Shown here piece by piece: positions 56,698 through 64,000 of a DNA stretch of 64,000 bases. Positions within the stretch are counted from its first letter, which is position 1; the number at the start of each line of letters is the position of its first letter. Origin of the DNA: a virus. A model generated the notes under the pieces. It did no database searches. It had not been told where the DNA came from and saw only the letters and a program-made list of their open reading frames with translations. Position numbers and translations under genes: made by a program. Where the stretch lies: IMG/VR virus record IMGVR_UViG_3300044701_004668, positions 2,644 through 66,643 of that record. One strand, given 5' to 3'.

Positions 56698-56880
56698 ATG
56701 ACCACGATCACCTGCACCATCCTGGTGCTGCTGCTGTTCCTTGTTCTGTTCTTGCTCTGGGCTACTGAGTCCAGGCAGCAACGCGCCCGTCGCTGGCGGC
56801 GCGACGGGATGACGTACCGCTTGATTGCGGAGCGCATCGGCTGCAGCCAGACAACGGCGCGACGGCTGGTAGCAGCCTGA
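56698..56880 (+). CDS. Membrane-anchored small HTH protein
   Basis: Hydrophobic N-terminus followed by GMTYRLIAERIGCSQTTARR. Confidence 0.7.
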   Translation: MTTITCTILVLLLFLVLFLLWATESRQQRARRWRRDGMTYRLIAERIGCSQTTARRLVAA

Positions 56881-56940
56881 GCGCAACGGCCCGCCGGAGC
56901 CTATTCAATCCGGCAGCATCCCTTCAACCCATCACACGCC

Positions 56941-57351
56941 ATGTTTGAAAACCACCAACCCGGCGAGCCCTATGTGCTCACCCGCGAGCAGTTCATTCGG
57001 TTCGTAGGTTTACCCGTTGCCACCGAAGCCGACGTCAAGGTGGCCATGTGGGCGGCGATTGCATCGTGGGAAGCGCGTCGCACTTTCAATCCCCTCTCCA
57101 CCCTGTGCCACAGCAACCTGCGGATGGACACCATCAATGGCTGGATGGTCTGGGAGTACCAGACCACCAGCGGCACGCTGCTCGGAGCCGCTGAGTGCCG
57201 GACGTTTCTCACCCAGCCTGGCTATCCGGGTGTCGAATGCTCGGACCAGTTTCCCGAGCCTGATTTCACGGTCATCATCCCAGTGGACCGTGACCAGCCG
57301 GGGCGCTACCACTACCAGCAGCTTCGTGAAGGAGGGGCGTTTGATGCCTGA
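56941..57351 (+). CDS. Hypothetical protein
   Basis: 136-aa ORF. Confidence 0.55.
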   Translation: MFENHQPGEPYVLTREQFIRFVGLPVATEADVKVAMWAAIASWEARRTFNPLSTLCHSNLRMDTINGWMVWEYQTTSGTLLGAAECRTFLTQPGYPGVECSDQFPEPDFTVIIPVDRDQPGRYHYQQLREGGAFDA

Positions 57352-57859
57352 ATCACAAAGACACATGACACAAACTGAGCTAGACCAAATCCTTGAAGCA
57401 CACAAGCTATGGCTTGCCGTTGATCCTGCTGGCATCCGCGCTGATCTGAGCGGCGCTGATCTGAGCGGCGCCAATCTGCGCGGCGCTGATCTGGGCGGCG
57501 CTGATCTGAGCGGCGCTGATCTGAGCGACGCCAATCTGAGCGGCGCCAATCTGAGCGGCGCCAACGGGTTGCCAATTGCTGCAGATGCCAAGCAACGGCT
57601 GCGTGCGGTTGCCAGCCATGTATTGGCTCACCCCCAAATCCTGCAAATGGGAAAATGGCATAGCGAGTGCGGCACTACTCACTGCTTGGCGGGGTGGGCT
57701 ATTCACCAGGCTGGAACGCTAGGCGAAGTCTTGGAGGAACTTCATGGCCCATACATGGCTGGATTGCTGTTGTTAGGCGCTGATGCTGCTGCGCACTTCT
57801 ACGACGAGAAGAACGACGCCATTGAGTGGCTGCAGTCTGTTGCACAGGAGGCGGCATGA
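57344..57859 (+). CDS. Pentapeptide-repeat protein
   Basis: ELDQILEAHKLWL, about 8 A(D/N)LSG repeats and a C-terminal CGTTHCLAGW motif. Start at ATG 57344 or 57365. Confidence 0.85.
   Translation: MPESQRHMTQTELDQILEAHKLWLAVDPAGIRADLSGADLSGANLRGADLGGADLSGADLSDANLSGANLSGANGLPIAADAKQRLRAVASHVLAHPQILQMGKWHSECGTTHCLAGWAIHQAGTLGEVLEELHGPYMAGLLLLGADAAAHFYDEKNDAIEWLQSVAQEAA
57438..57565 (+). repeat. 15-bp coding tandem repeat (GCTGATCTGAGCGGC-like)
   Basis: Encodes the pentapeptide repeats. Confidence 0.9.
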
Positions 57860-58518
57860 CCACGCCACACCGCGCCACGCCATCGGACTGGGCGTGGCTT
57901 GAAGGAAACTCAACCTGCGACAGGTGCGATGCCGCATGGTCGCGAGGACTGATTGAACTCCGCGCCCGCATTGAAAAACTGGAATTGGCTTCGGAAAACA
58001 AGGATGATTTGCTGGCCCAGCCCGAGCCGCAGGGGCCGAGTGATGAGGAATTGCTTGAATTGCTTAGTCGTGCCAGTGGTCTTCCTGAACCCGACTCATA
58101 CATCGTTGATGGTGGAAGGATTATGGCTGAGCCCGGCGAGATTCTCAGCTTTGCCCGCGCCGTCCTAGCCCGCTTTGCCCGCCCGGCCATCGAGCCGGTG
58201 CCGGTGAGCGAGCGGCTGCCGGAACCCCACACGAAAGTCATCGCCCACTATCTCAACGATCTCGGAAATTCTCGGACCATTCTTGCTGAGTGGGTGCCAG
58301 CAAAGTCACGGACCGATGACTGCTTAGTGGATGACGACTTTGCCGAATACGACGAAGAAGCCGATGAATACTACTGGCCGGAAGGCTGGTATGAAAGCAT
58401 TGAGAACTGGGATGATTACGGGGCTGTGTTTGTTCACGAAGGCATGATTACGCACTGGCAGCCGCTTCCGCCTCGACCCCACCACGCGCTGCCGGTGCCG
58501 CAGCAGGAGGTGAAGTGA
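57856..58518 (+). CDS. Mosaic hypothetical protein (PSDEEL / PVSERLP...THWQPLP)
   Basis: Coupled ORF with a DUF551-like ERLP...WQPLP domain. Confidence 0.7.
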   Translation: MTTPHRATPSDWAWLEGNSTCDRCDAAWSRGLIELRARIEKLELASENKDDLLAQPEPQGPSDEELLELLSRASGLPEPDSYIVDGGRIMAEPGEILSFARAVLARFARPAIEPVPVSERLPEPHTKVIAHYLNDLGNSRTILAEWVPAKSRTDDCLVDDDFAEYDEEADEYYWPEGWYESIENWDDYGAVFVHEGMITHWQPLPPRPHHALPVPQQEVK

Positions 58519-58856
58519 TGGCTGACCACAGCATCACACCACCGCCGGAGCTGGTGCGGCAGTGGTTTCTGGAGTGGACTTGTGACAAGTCCATTAAAGG
58601 GGTGGGTCCAGACATCTATGTCGCCAACCGCGCCGCCAAGTGGGGCGCCGACATTGAACTGGAGGCGTGCTGTGAGTGGTTACAGCATGACTATCCCAAC
58701 ATTGGTGCAAACGCACTCCGCGCCGCCCGCCGCCCAAAGCCCCAGACACTGAACAGCATTGCACTAGAAATGCTGGGGACAATTGAAAGAATGGATGTCG
58801 TGATTCCAGAGATCACCGACACCATCCGCCGAGCCTTGGAGCAACTCGATGACTAA
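58518..58856 (+). CDS. Hypothetical protein
   Basis: ITPPPELV.QW...WGAD.ELEACCEW...LRAARRP. Confidence 0.7.
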   Translation: MADHSITPPPELVRQWFLEWTCDKSIKGVGPDIYVANRAAKWGADIELEACCEWLQHDYPNIGANALRAARRPKPQTLNSIALEMLGTIERMDVVIPEITDTIRRALEQLDD

Positions 58857-59157
58857 CCTCACCCCCAACGATCTAAGCCACCTCAGTGATGAGGAGTTCA
58901 ATGCGTTGTGTCCACAAGGCCATCATGCACCTGGACCAGCTCAGCCGTTATCGCCCGCCGCGCAGGCGGTTCTGGATGCCTACTTGAAAAGCCCGTGGGA
59001 TCCATGCTTGCAACATGAAGATCGTTTAGCCATTGCCGCCGCCCTGCGAGCTGCTGCGAACGATTGGCGGGTAGACACTGAGTTCATAGGCGGCGTCGAA
59101 TACATCCGCACAAGCACCTTGGATACCATCGCCGCCGAGCTGGAGGGGAGTCAATGA
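58849..59157 (+). CDS. Hypothetical protein
   Basis: LSPAAQAVLDA...AAALRAAA...IAAELE. Confidence 0.7.
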   Translation: MTNLTPNDLSHLSDEEFNALCPQGHHAPGPAQPLSPAAQAVLDAYLKSPWDPCLQHEDRLAIAAALRAAANDWRVDTEFIGGVEYIRTSTLDTIAAELEGSQ

Positions 59158-59486
59158 ACGACTTATTGAAACAAGTTGCCGAGCTTCATAGGTTGATTAA
59201 GCTAAGCCGAGAAAGCTATAAAAAGAAACTTTCTGAGATTGACGATCAAAGAGCCAATCTTTTTTACAAAGCGGCTCAACTACAAGAAGAGACGCCAGCA
59301 ATTGATGAAGTTTACAGACAACTAGATTTACTTGACAACGAAGAATTTTCTTGCTATCTTAAATTCCGAAGCTTCCTTTCAAAAACAGATGAACAAATCG
59401 ACAGAACAATTAAATCAATCGTTCAGCGAAGATTTGAATCCCTCGGACCAATTCTTCCATATCTCAGTAGCGATTCGCTTGGCTGA
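59154..59486 (+). CDS. Coiled-coil hypothetical protein
   Basis: ATGA-coupled ORF. Confidence 0.55.
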   Translation: MNDLLKQVAELHRLIKLSRESYKKKLSEIDDQRANLFYKAAQLQEETPAIDEVYRQLDLLDNEEFSCYLKFRSFLSKTDEQIDRTIKSIVQRRFESLGPILPYLSSDSLG

Positions 59487-59499
59487 GATCAATCCACTC

Positions 59500-59694
59500 A
59501 TGACTGAAGATCAAGCTGTTAGGGCGGAAGACATATCAGATAAACTGTGCAGGTTTTCTGTCAGAAAACTAAGCATGTTAGCAAACGATAAAAACAGTAA
59601 GGTATCTCACATTCAAAAACAGCAGCTTGAGCTTGCAATGCTAGGCTACAAGTTAATTAAAGAGGTCGATACTGACCTTTCGGCGGGGGCGTGA
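59500..59694 (+). CDS. Hypothetical protein
   Basis: Start uncertain (ATG 59500 or 59389). Confidence 0.4.
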   Translation: MTEDQAVRAEDISDKLCRFSVRKLSMLANDKNSKVSHIQKQQLELAMLGYKLIKEVDTDLSAGA

Positions 59695-59695
59695 A

Positions 59696-60430
59696 ATGAG
59701 CAAGAATTCCGTCCCACTTTCAGCCCATAAGTTTATCATCGCCCCTTCAGAGCTTCTGCAGGAGAATAGGGATTATATTTGGATTTTTATGATTTTGCTG
59801 GAAAAAGCTAGCAATTCAAAGGCTGCATCTATTTCTGGCAGTCAGTTGATCGAGGCTTCTCGCTTGACGCCTCAGCAGGTTAGGGACGCTTTGCAGTGGC
59901 TAAGGGAGAATGGATATGTCAAGAAAACAGTTGACGAAAATGAAAACAGTATTTACCTGCTTAGTGTTGAGGGCGCTTTCCCCCCGGATCTTTCACGTTA
60001 CTCCTATGCTTCCGAAGCCTTAAGAAAGGCAAACAAATCCGTTTCTCTCCCACCAGTCAAGCAAGGCAGTAGAAAGTTTGTAGCCACTCCATTTGGCACT
60101 CCTTTTATTCCGCCTCAGCTCAGTAGTGTTGCCTCAATTATCTGTGACTTCTTCAATGATCACAAAGGGGGCGTAAAAAGTAAAAGATCGTTTGACAGCC
60201 TGCTTAATTCATTGATGCAGATTTTTGATGATAAAGGGGGCGGAATTGATGCAGTCAAGCAGCAGCTTGAACTTGCAATCGAAAGATCGAAGTCTGGGGA
60301 AAAGAAGTGGGATTCTATTACTTATTCCAACTGGGATAAATTTGGCAGGAAAAAGCAACAGCATTGGGAGCAAAATTCTAGGCCCTCAACAGAACGAATA
60401 GTCAACATGTTTGAAGAGGATCTCGCTTAA
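59696..60430 (+). CDS. Winged-helix protein, putative replication initiator
   Basis: S..QLIEASRLTPQQVRDALQWLRENGYV...N.Y.L N-terminal wHTH, immediately upstream of dnaB. Confidence 0.6.
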   Translation: MSKNSVPLSAHKFIIAPSELLQENRDYIWIFMILLEKASNSKAASISGSQLIEASRLTPQQVRDALQWLRENGYVKKTVDENENSIYLLSVEGAFPPDLSRYSYASEALRKANKSVSLPPVKQGSRKFVATPFGTPFIPPQLSSVASIICDFFNDHKGGVKSKRSFDSLLNSLMQIFDDKGGGIDAVKQQLELAIERSKSGEKKWDSITYSNWDKFGRKKQQHWEQNSRPSTERIVNMFEEDLA

Positions 60431-60433
60431 TCC

Positions 60434-61855
60434 ATGACCGTAATCAAAATCGAGCAACTTGAGTCACAGCAAGACTCCTCTGAAATTGAAAGGCACTTTC
60501 TTGCTGCCGCTTACAATCATTTCTGTTTCGCCTTTGGTGAGCAGGAGTGGGCGGATAAGTTTATGGAAATGCCGAAGGGCAGGGAGCTGTTTTCTAACCC
60601 CTTCAATAGATACATGTTTGACTGTCTATGTGAAGAATACGCCAATTTTCATCAGTCGCCCACGAATGACATTACTCTTGCAACTCTGCTGAGGGACATC
60701 TCAGGCTGTGAGATACGAGCGGCTGAAGAATACATCGAGCTAATCGCCTCATATCCAGTCGAGAAAAGTCTGGAGGTCTGGGCGGAAAAGATTATGCCTA
60801 TCTGGTATTTTCATCATTCTCGCTCAAGGATTAAAGATTACATCCAAAACTCCTCTGACATCATCAACAGGAGCTGCAGCGTTACCGAATCGAGAACAGC
60901 AACCTCCTATCTCCTGCAGGCAGTTGACCTGATTGAGGGGGCGGAAACTTACAAAAAAGAGATTCACCCCTTAATTGCAGCAAAAGAGCTTTTCCTTGGG
61001 CCAAAGATCGCCAACCGAGTGATCAAAACTCGTTTCTCTGGGCTCAACAGCGCCCTGGGGGGTGGGTTGAACCACCCGAGCGTGGGAACTGATGGGCGAC
61101 TGATGGTTGTTGCAGGCCGCCCCGGCAGCGGTAAATCGACCTGGGCGATGAACCTTGCTCTTGACGTTGCTATGAACGGTTTCAAGGTTCTCTACTACAC
61201 CCTTGAAATGTCAGATCGAGAAGTTTGCCAGAGAATGCTTTCTTGCATGGATTACATGAACTGCCTCGACATTGGGGGCAGCCCACTGACTTACGGGCAT
61301 GTGATCAGGCAGGTAAAAGATGAGGCGCAAGGCAGAAGGATAATTGAGACAGGCGTAGAGTCGATTGCAGATAATCTGCTCTTTGCCAATACTTACGATG
61401 TCACGCCCTCTCAGGTTGCCAATAAGATCAAGTCTGAAAAGCGTAAAAACCCAAACCTTTCGCTGGTGGTTGTTGATTACCTGACTCTCATGGATATTGA
61501 TTCAGATTCAATGAAAGCTGAGACCAGGGCTCTCGCAGTGGGGGCGGCAACGAGAAAATTCAAAAAGATAACATTGCAAACGGGGGTTGATATTTTGCTT
61601 GTTTGTCAGCTCAATAGAGGTGTTGAGGGGCGGAATGATAAAAGGCCAATGCTTTCAGACCTAAGGGAATCGGGCAAGATTGAAGAAGATGCCGATCTGG
61701 TTGTTTTCAACTATTGGCCATATTATTACGATAAAGGCCAAGATCAGATGACATATGAGTACGCCATCGCCAAGAACAGAAAGGGGGCGACAGGGACATG
61801 TCAGATTAACTTTGCAGCAGAATGTTATGCAATGTTTGAAAGTAAGAAGTGGTAG
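60434..61855 (+). CDS. dnaB: DnaB-like replicative helicase
   Basis: AGRPGSGKST, LEM, VVDYL, QLNRGVEGR.DKRPMLSDLRESG.IEEDAD and AKNRKG.TG. Confidence 0.96.
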   Translation: MTVIKIEQLESQQDSSEIERHFLAAAYNHFCFAFGEQEWADKFMEMPKGRELFSNPFNRYMFDCLCEEYANFHQSPTNDITLATLLRDISGCEIRAAEEYIELIASYPVEKSLEVWAEKIMPIWYFHHSRSRIKDYIQNSSDIINRSCSVTESRTATSYLLQAVDLIEGAETYKKEIHPLIAAKELFLGPKIANRVIKTRFSGLNSALGGGLNHPSVGTDGRLMVVAGRPGSGKSTWAMNLALDVAMNGFKVLYYTLEMSDREVCQRMLSCMDYMNCLDIGGSPLTYGHVIRQVKDEAQGRRIIETGVESIADNLLFANTYDVTPSQVANKIKSEKRKNPNLSLVVVDYLTLMDIDSDSMKAETRALAVGAATRKFKKITLQTGVDILLVCQLNRGVEGRNDKRPMLSDLRESGKIEEDADLVVFNYWPYYYDKGQDQMTYEYAIAKNRKGATGTCQINFAAECYAMFESKKW

Positions 61856-62461
61856 ATGAAATCCTCTTCTAAAAAATCCCCTTGTCCTATCTGTGGGCGA
61901 GATTCAGACGATAAGTGTCGCTGGAATGATGAGAGCATTCTTTGTTATTCCGGCGATAGATTTGGCCCAGGTAATTCACTCAAGAAGGGCGATAAAATAC
62001 AAGCTCTTGGCAATAGTTGGCTACTTATTGGTTACGACGCGGGGTTCTCCGGCTCATCTTATTTGTTTGTCATAGACGATGGCAGGTATAAGAGACTTTC
62101 GCCCATAGAAAAAAGCCAGCTAAATAGAAAAAAAGTTGCCCTGGCCAGAAAGGCAATAACTGCATTTAGAGAAATTGAGAGCGAATTTTTCTTTTTTCTC
62201 GCCCCCAAAGACTTTTTATCGTTGCCGCCAGAAGAACTTGACTACATTGAGTTCTTCACTTCTAGGTTGATTGAACTTTGCAAAAACCTAGATGATTTTC
62301 TTTCTCTCAATCGAATCACGCTCAAGCCGCTCGGGGCGATCAGGGGGCGGCTGAAGCACATGCACTGCCTGCTGAAGGCCCTCCAGGGCGACGTTCTGCA
62401 CTTCCGGCAGGAGTTCCTGGGGGAGGCGATCGTGCCGCCTTCTCGGGGCTCCGGGGCCTAG
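61856..62461 (+). CDS. Protein with primase-type N-terminal Zn finger
   Basis: PCPICGRD.D.KCR......LC. No TOPRIM motifs visible. Confidence 0.6.
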   Translation: MKSSSKKSPCPICGRDSDDKCRWNDESILCYSGDRFGPGNSLKKGDKIQALGNSWLLIGYDAGFSGSSYLFVIDDGRYKRLSPIEKSQLNRKKVALARKAITAFREIESEFFFFLAPKDFLSLPPEELDYIEFFTSRLIELCKNLDDFLSLNRITLKPLGAIRGRLKHMHCLLKALQGDVLHFRQEFLGEAIVPPSRGSGA

Positions 62462-62610
62462 CTGGCAGGGTTGTTGAAGTGGGCCTTCTCCCACTCCTTG
62501 TACCCGTATTCAACGAGCATTGCACAAAAGGTGCTCATTGAAAGCGTTCTAGGTTTGAAAGTTGCAATCTTAAAAGCAGTTTCCTCTTCGATCCGCATTT
62601 TTACAGTCAT
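62458..62610 (-). CDS. Small ribbon-helix-helix-like regulator
   Basis: MTVKMRIEEE...KPRTLSMSTFCAMLVE. Divergent from the next operon. Confidence 0.55.
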   Translation of the reverse strand: MTVKMRIEEETAFKIATFKPRTLSMSTFCAMLVEYGYKEWEKAHFNNPAS

Positions 62611-62709
62611 CACGGAATTCCTTTTCGTGGTGACTTCCTCTGCTTGAAAACCTGCTTCTGGCATACTATGATTTGTCCGAGGGACCATTAGGGACTCCAG
62701 GCTATCGCA

Positions 62710-62922
62710 ATGACAGAGGAAAGTCAACAACGCCCAAAACCCCATCCGCTCCCAAACTGGCGGGCTATTTTCAGCGTTCACTATCATCTTTCCCCGCCCG
62801 GCTATGACGAAACTTTTTTGGATTGCCTTGAAAATCCTATCAAAAGCAAAAAAGAAATGATGTGGGAGCAAAATCTTGAAAAGAAAAAGAAAAAAAAGCT
62901 GGGGCGAGGACAAACTAGATGA
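62710..62922 (+). CDS. Hypothetical protein
   Basis: W..IF.....LSPPGY.E motif. Confidence 0.55.
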   Translation: MTEESQQRPKPHPLPNWRAIFSVHYHLSPPGYDETFLDCLENPIKSKKEMMWEQNLEKKKKKKLGRGQTR

Positions 62923-63116
62923 ACGATATTGCAAAAACAATTCGGAGAATTAAGCTTTTTAGGGGCGATCAGATTGTGATACCTGGCATTCAACCATATA
63001 TTGATAGTTACTCGCCCCATACTCAGCCTGTCATAGAAAAGAAAAAAGCTGCCAAGAAGCGCAGGCGCCAAAAGCCGGTTCAGCTTTCGCTCCTTGATTT
63101 TGCAAAAGAGGGTTGA
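62919..63116 (+). CDS. Small basic hypothetical protein
   Basis: Overlapping ORF ending QLSLL, a possible clamp-binding-like motif. Confidence 0.5.
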   Translation: MNDIAKTIRRIKLFRGDQIVIPGIQPYIDSYSPHTQPVIEKKKAAKKRRRQKPVQLSLLDFAKEG

Positions 63117-63165
63117 CAGACGGAACCAACGGTGCCATTATTCATGGGCACACACAGCTTCCGAC

Positions 63166-63441
63166 ATGGAACAGCCTGAAATCCACGCAAAGGTTGAGTC
63201 GCTCATTGTTGAGCATCTCGCCAAGGGGCCTGCCGCATTTGATGATGTTTATCTTTATGTGGGGCGGAATTTCTCTTCAAGGCAAAAAGCCAAAACATTG
63301 CCAGATAGGTTTTATTTTCTGGCCGAGGGGAGGATGAAATCCCTGAAGAGAAAAGGCTTTGTTTCCTATGACAGGAAAGGCGGAAAGTGGCACCTTGCAT
63401 CCACGGTAACTCTCAATGAACAAGCTCCTGTTCTCGCCTGA
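63166..63441 (+). CDS. Small winged-helix-like protein
   Basis: MKSLKRKGFV.Y....GKW.L. Confidence 0.5.
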   Translation: MEQPEIHAKVESLIVEHLAKGPAAFDDVYLYVGRNFSSRQKAKTLPDRFYFLAEGRMKSLKRKGFVSYDRKGGKWHLASTVTLNEQAPVLA

Positions 63442-63646
63442 TAGCACTGCGATTGTTTCTTCTTTTGACAACGAAGAACAAGAGATCGTAACCGTCAAGA
63501 CAAGGATTGGCAATTATGTAATTCTCAGCAATGGAATCAGGTTCCACATCCTTGATGATCGTTGCGGGCCTCGTGATCGTCCCTCGATGTCCTGGGAGCT
63601 TCCGCAGCATGGGGTGAAAATTCAGCCAATTCTTGCAGGTTCATGA
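63416..63646 (+). CDS. Hypothetical protein
   Basis: 76-aa ORF. Confidence 0.45.
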   Translation: MNKLLFSPDSTAIVSSFDNEEQEIVTVKTRIGNYVILSNGIRFHILDDRCGPRDRPSMSWELPQHGVKIQPILAGS

Positions 63647-63840
63647 CTTTTGGCTCAATGCGACTCGATCTTCAAAACTGCGGGAATTGCTACTACATGC
63701 GAGATGCAATCGGCCCAGGTGGCACTTGTCATGAAGTTTGCTGTTACCACGCCCCTTCTCTGTCAAATATGACAGAGCTTTCCCCTCCGACGCCTGCAGC
63801 TTACTGGTGTGGGAAATGGGTTAAACACCCCGAAGCCTAA
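63643..63840 (+). CDS. Small Cys-rich protein
   Basis: CGNCYY...C...AP......P......WCG.W. Confidence 0.6.
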   Translation: MTFGSMRLDLQNCGNCYYMRDAIGPGGTCHEVCCYHAPSLSNMTELSPPTPAAYWCGKWVKHPEA

Positions 63841-63879
63841 AGTCTGTTCATTCAATCTCTCGGTTAATCATTTTTTCTC

Positions 63880-64000
63880 ATGACTTCCGCTGAACTGTCC
63901 TCCATTTCTGTCAATGGCGTTCAATACGTCAGGGCCGATTCTCTTCCTGCCGCCAAGCCCAATGGTAATCGCGCTGTAATTGTTGTTGATCGTGGTTGGA
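63880..64000 (+). CDS. Hypothetical protein (3' partial)
   Basis: MTSAELSSISVNGVQYVRADS...RAVIVVDRGW, runs off the window. Confidence 0.6.
   Translation, partial: MTSAELSSISVNGVQYVRADSLPAAKPNGNRAVIVVDRGW

Noticed and set aside
57017-57343. N-terminal extension of the pentapeptide ORF and its antisense repeat ORFs
   Set aside because: Overlaps 56941-57351 in another frame. The antisense ORFs are by-products of the 15-bp repeat.
1-64000. tRNA genes, integrase, lysis genes, photosynthesis genes, HIP1 enrichment
   Set aside because: None recognised by eye. They may lie outside the window or have been missed without tools.

Overview
This 64-kb window is most of a tailed dsDNA phage genome: a siphovirus, most likely a cyanophage infecting a Synechococcus/Cyanobium-type host. 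That host call rests on the cyanophage-type spike protein, ThyX, a pentapeptide protein and a cyanobacterial-plasmid-like primase. Positions 1-34.5 kb (minus strand) hold the virion module: spike, tail tip, 2318-aa tape measure, chaperone with a predicted +1 frameshift, a fibre/adaptor insert, tail tube, neck, major capsid, scaffold, portal, TerL and thyX. Positions 34.6-36.3 kb are an unusual junction with a stand-alone PQ-repeat gene and telomere-like TAACYR and GTGAATG tandem arrays, lying between TerL and a likely TerS. Positions 38-51 kb (minus) are an early region of small genes driven by eight near-identical sigma70 promoter-hairpin cassettes. Positions 51-64 kb (mostly plus) carry replication genes (AEP primase/Rep, DnaB) and a predicted ~440-nt structured non-coding RNA on the minus strand. 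The hexamer GGGGCG/CGCCCC is strongly over-represented genome-wide. I saw no tRNA, rRNA, CRISPR array, integrase or reverse transcriptase. All product calls come from motif recognition by eye; no database search or folding calculation was run.
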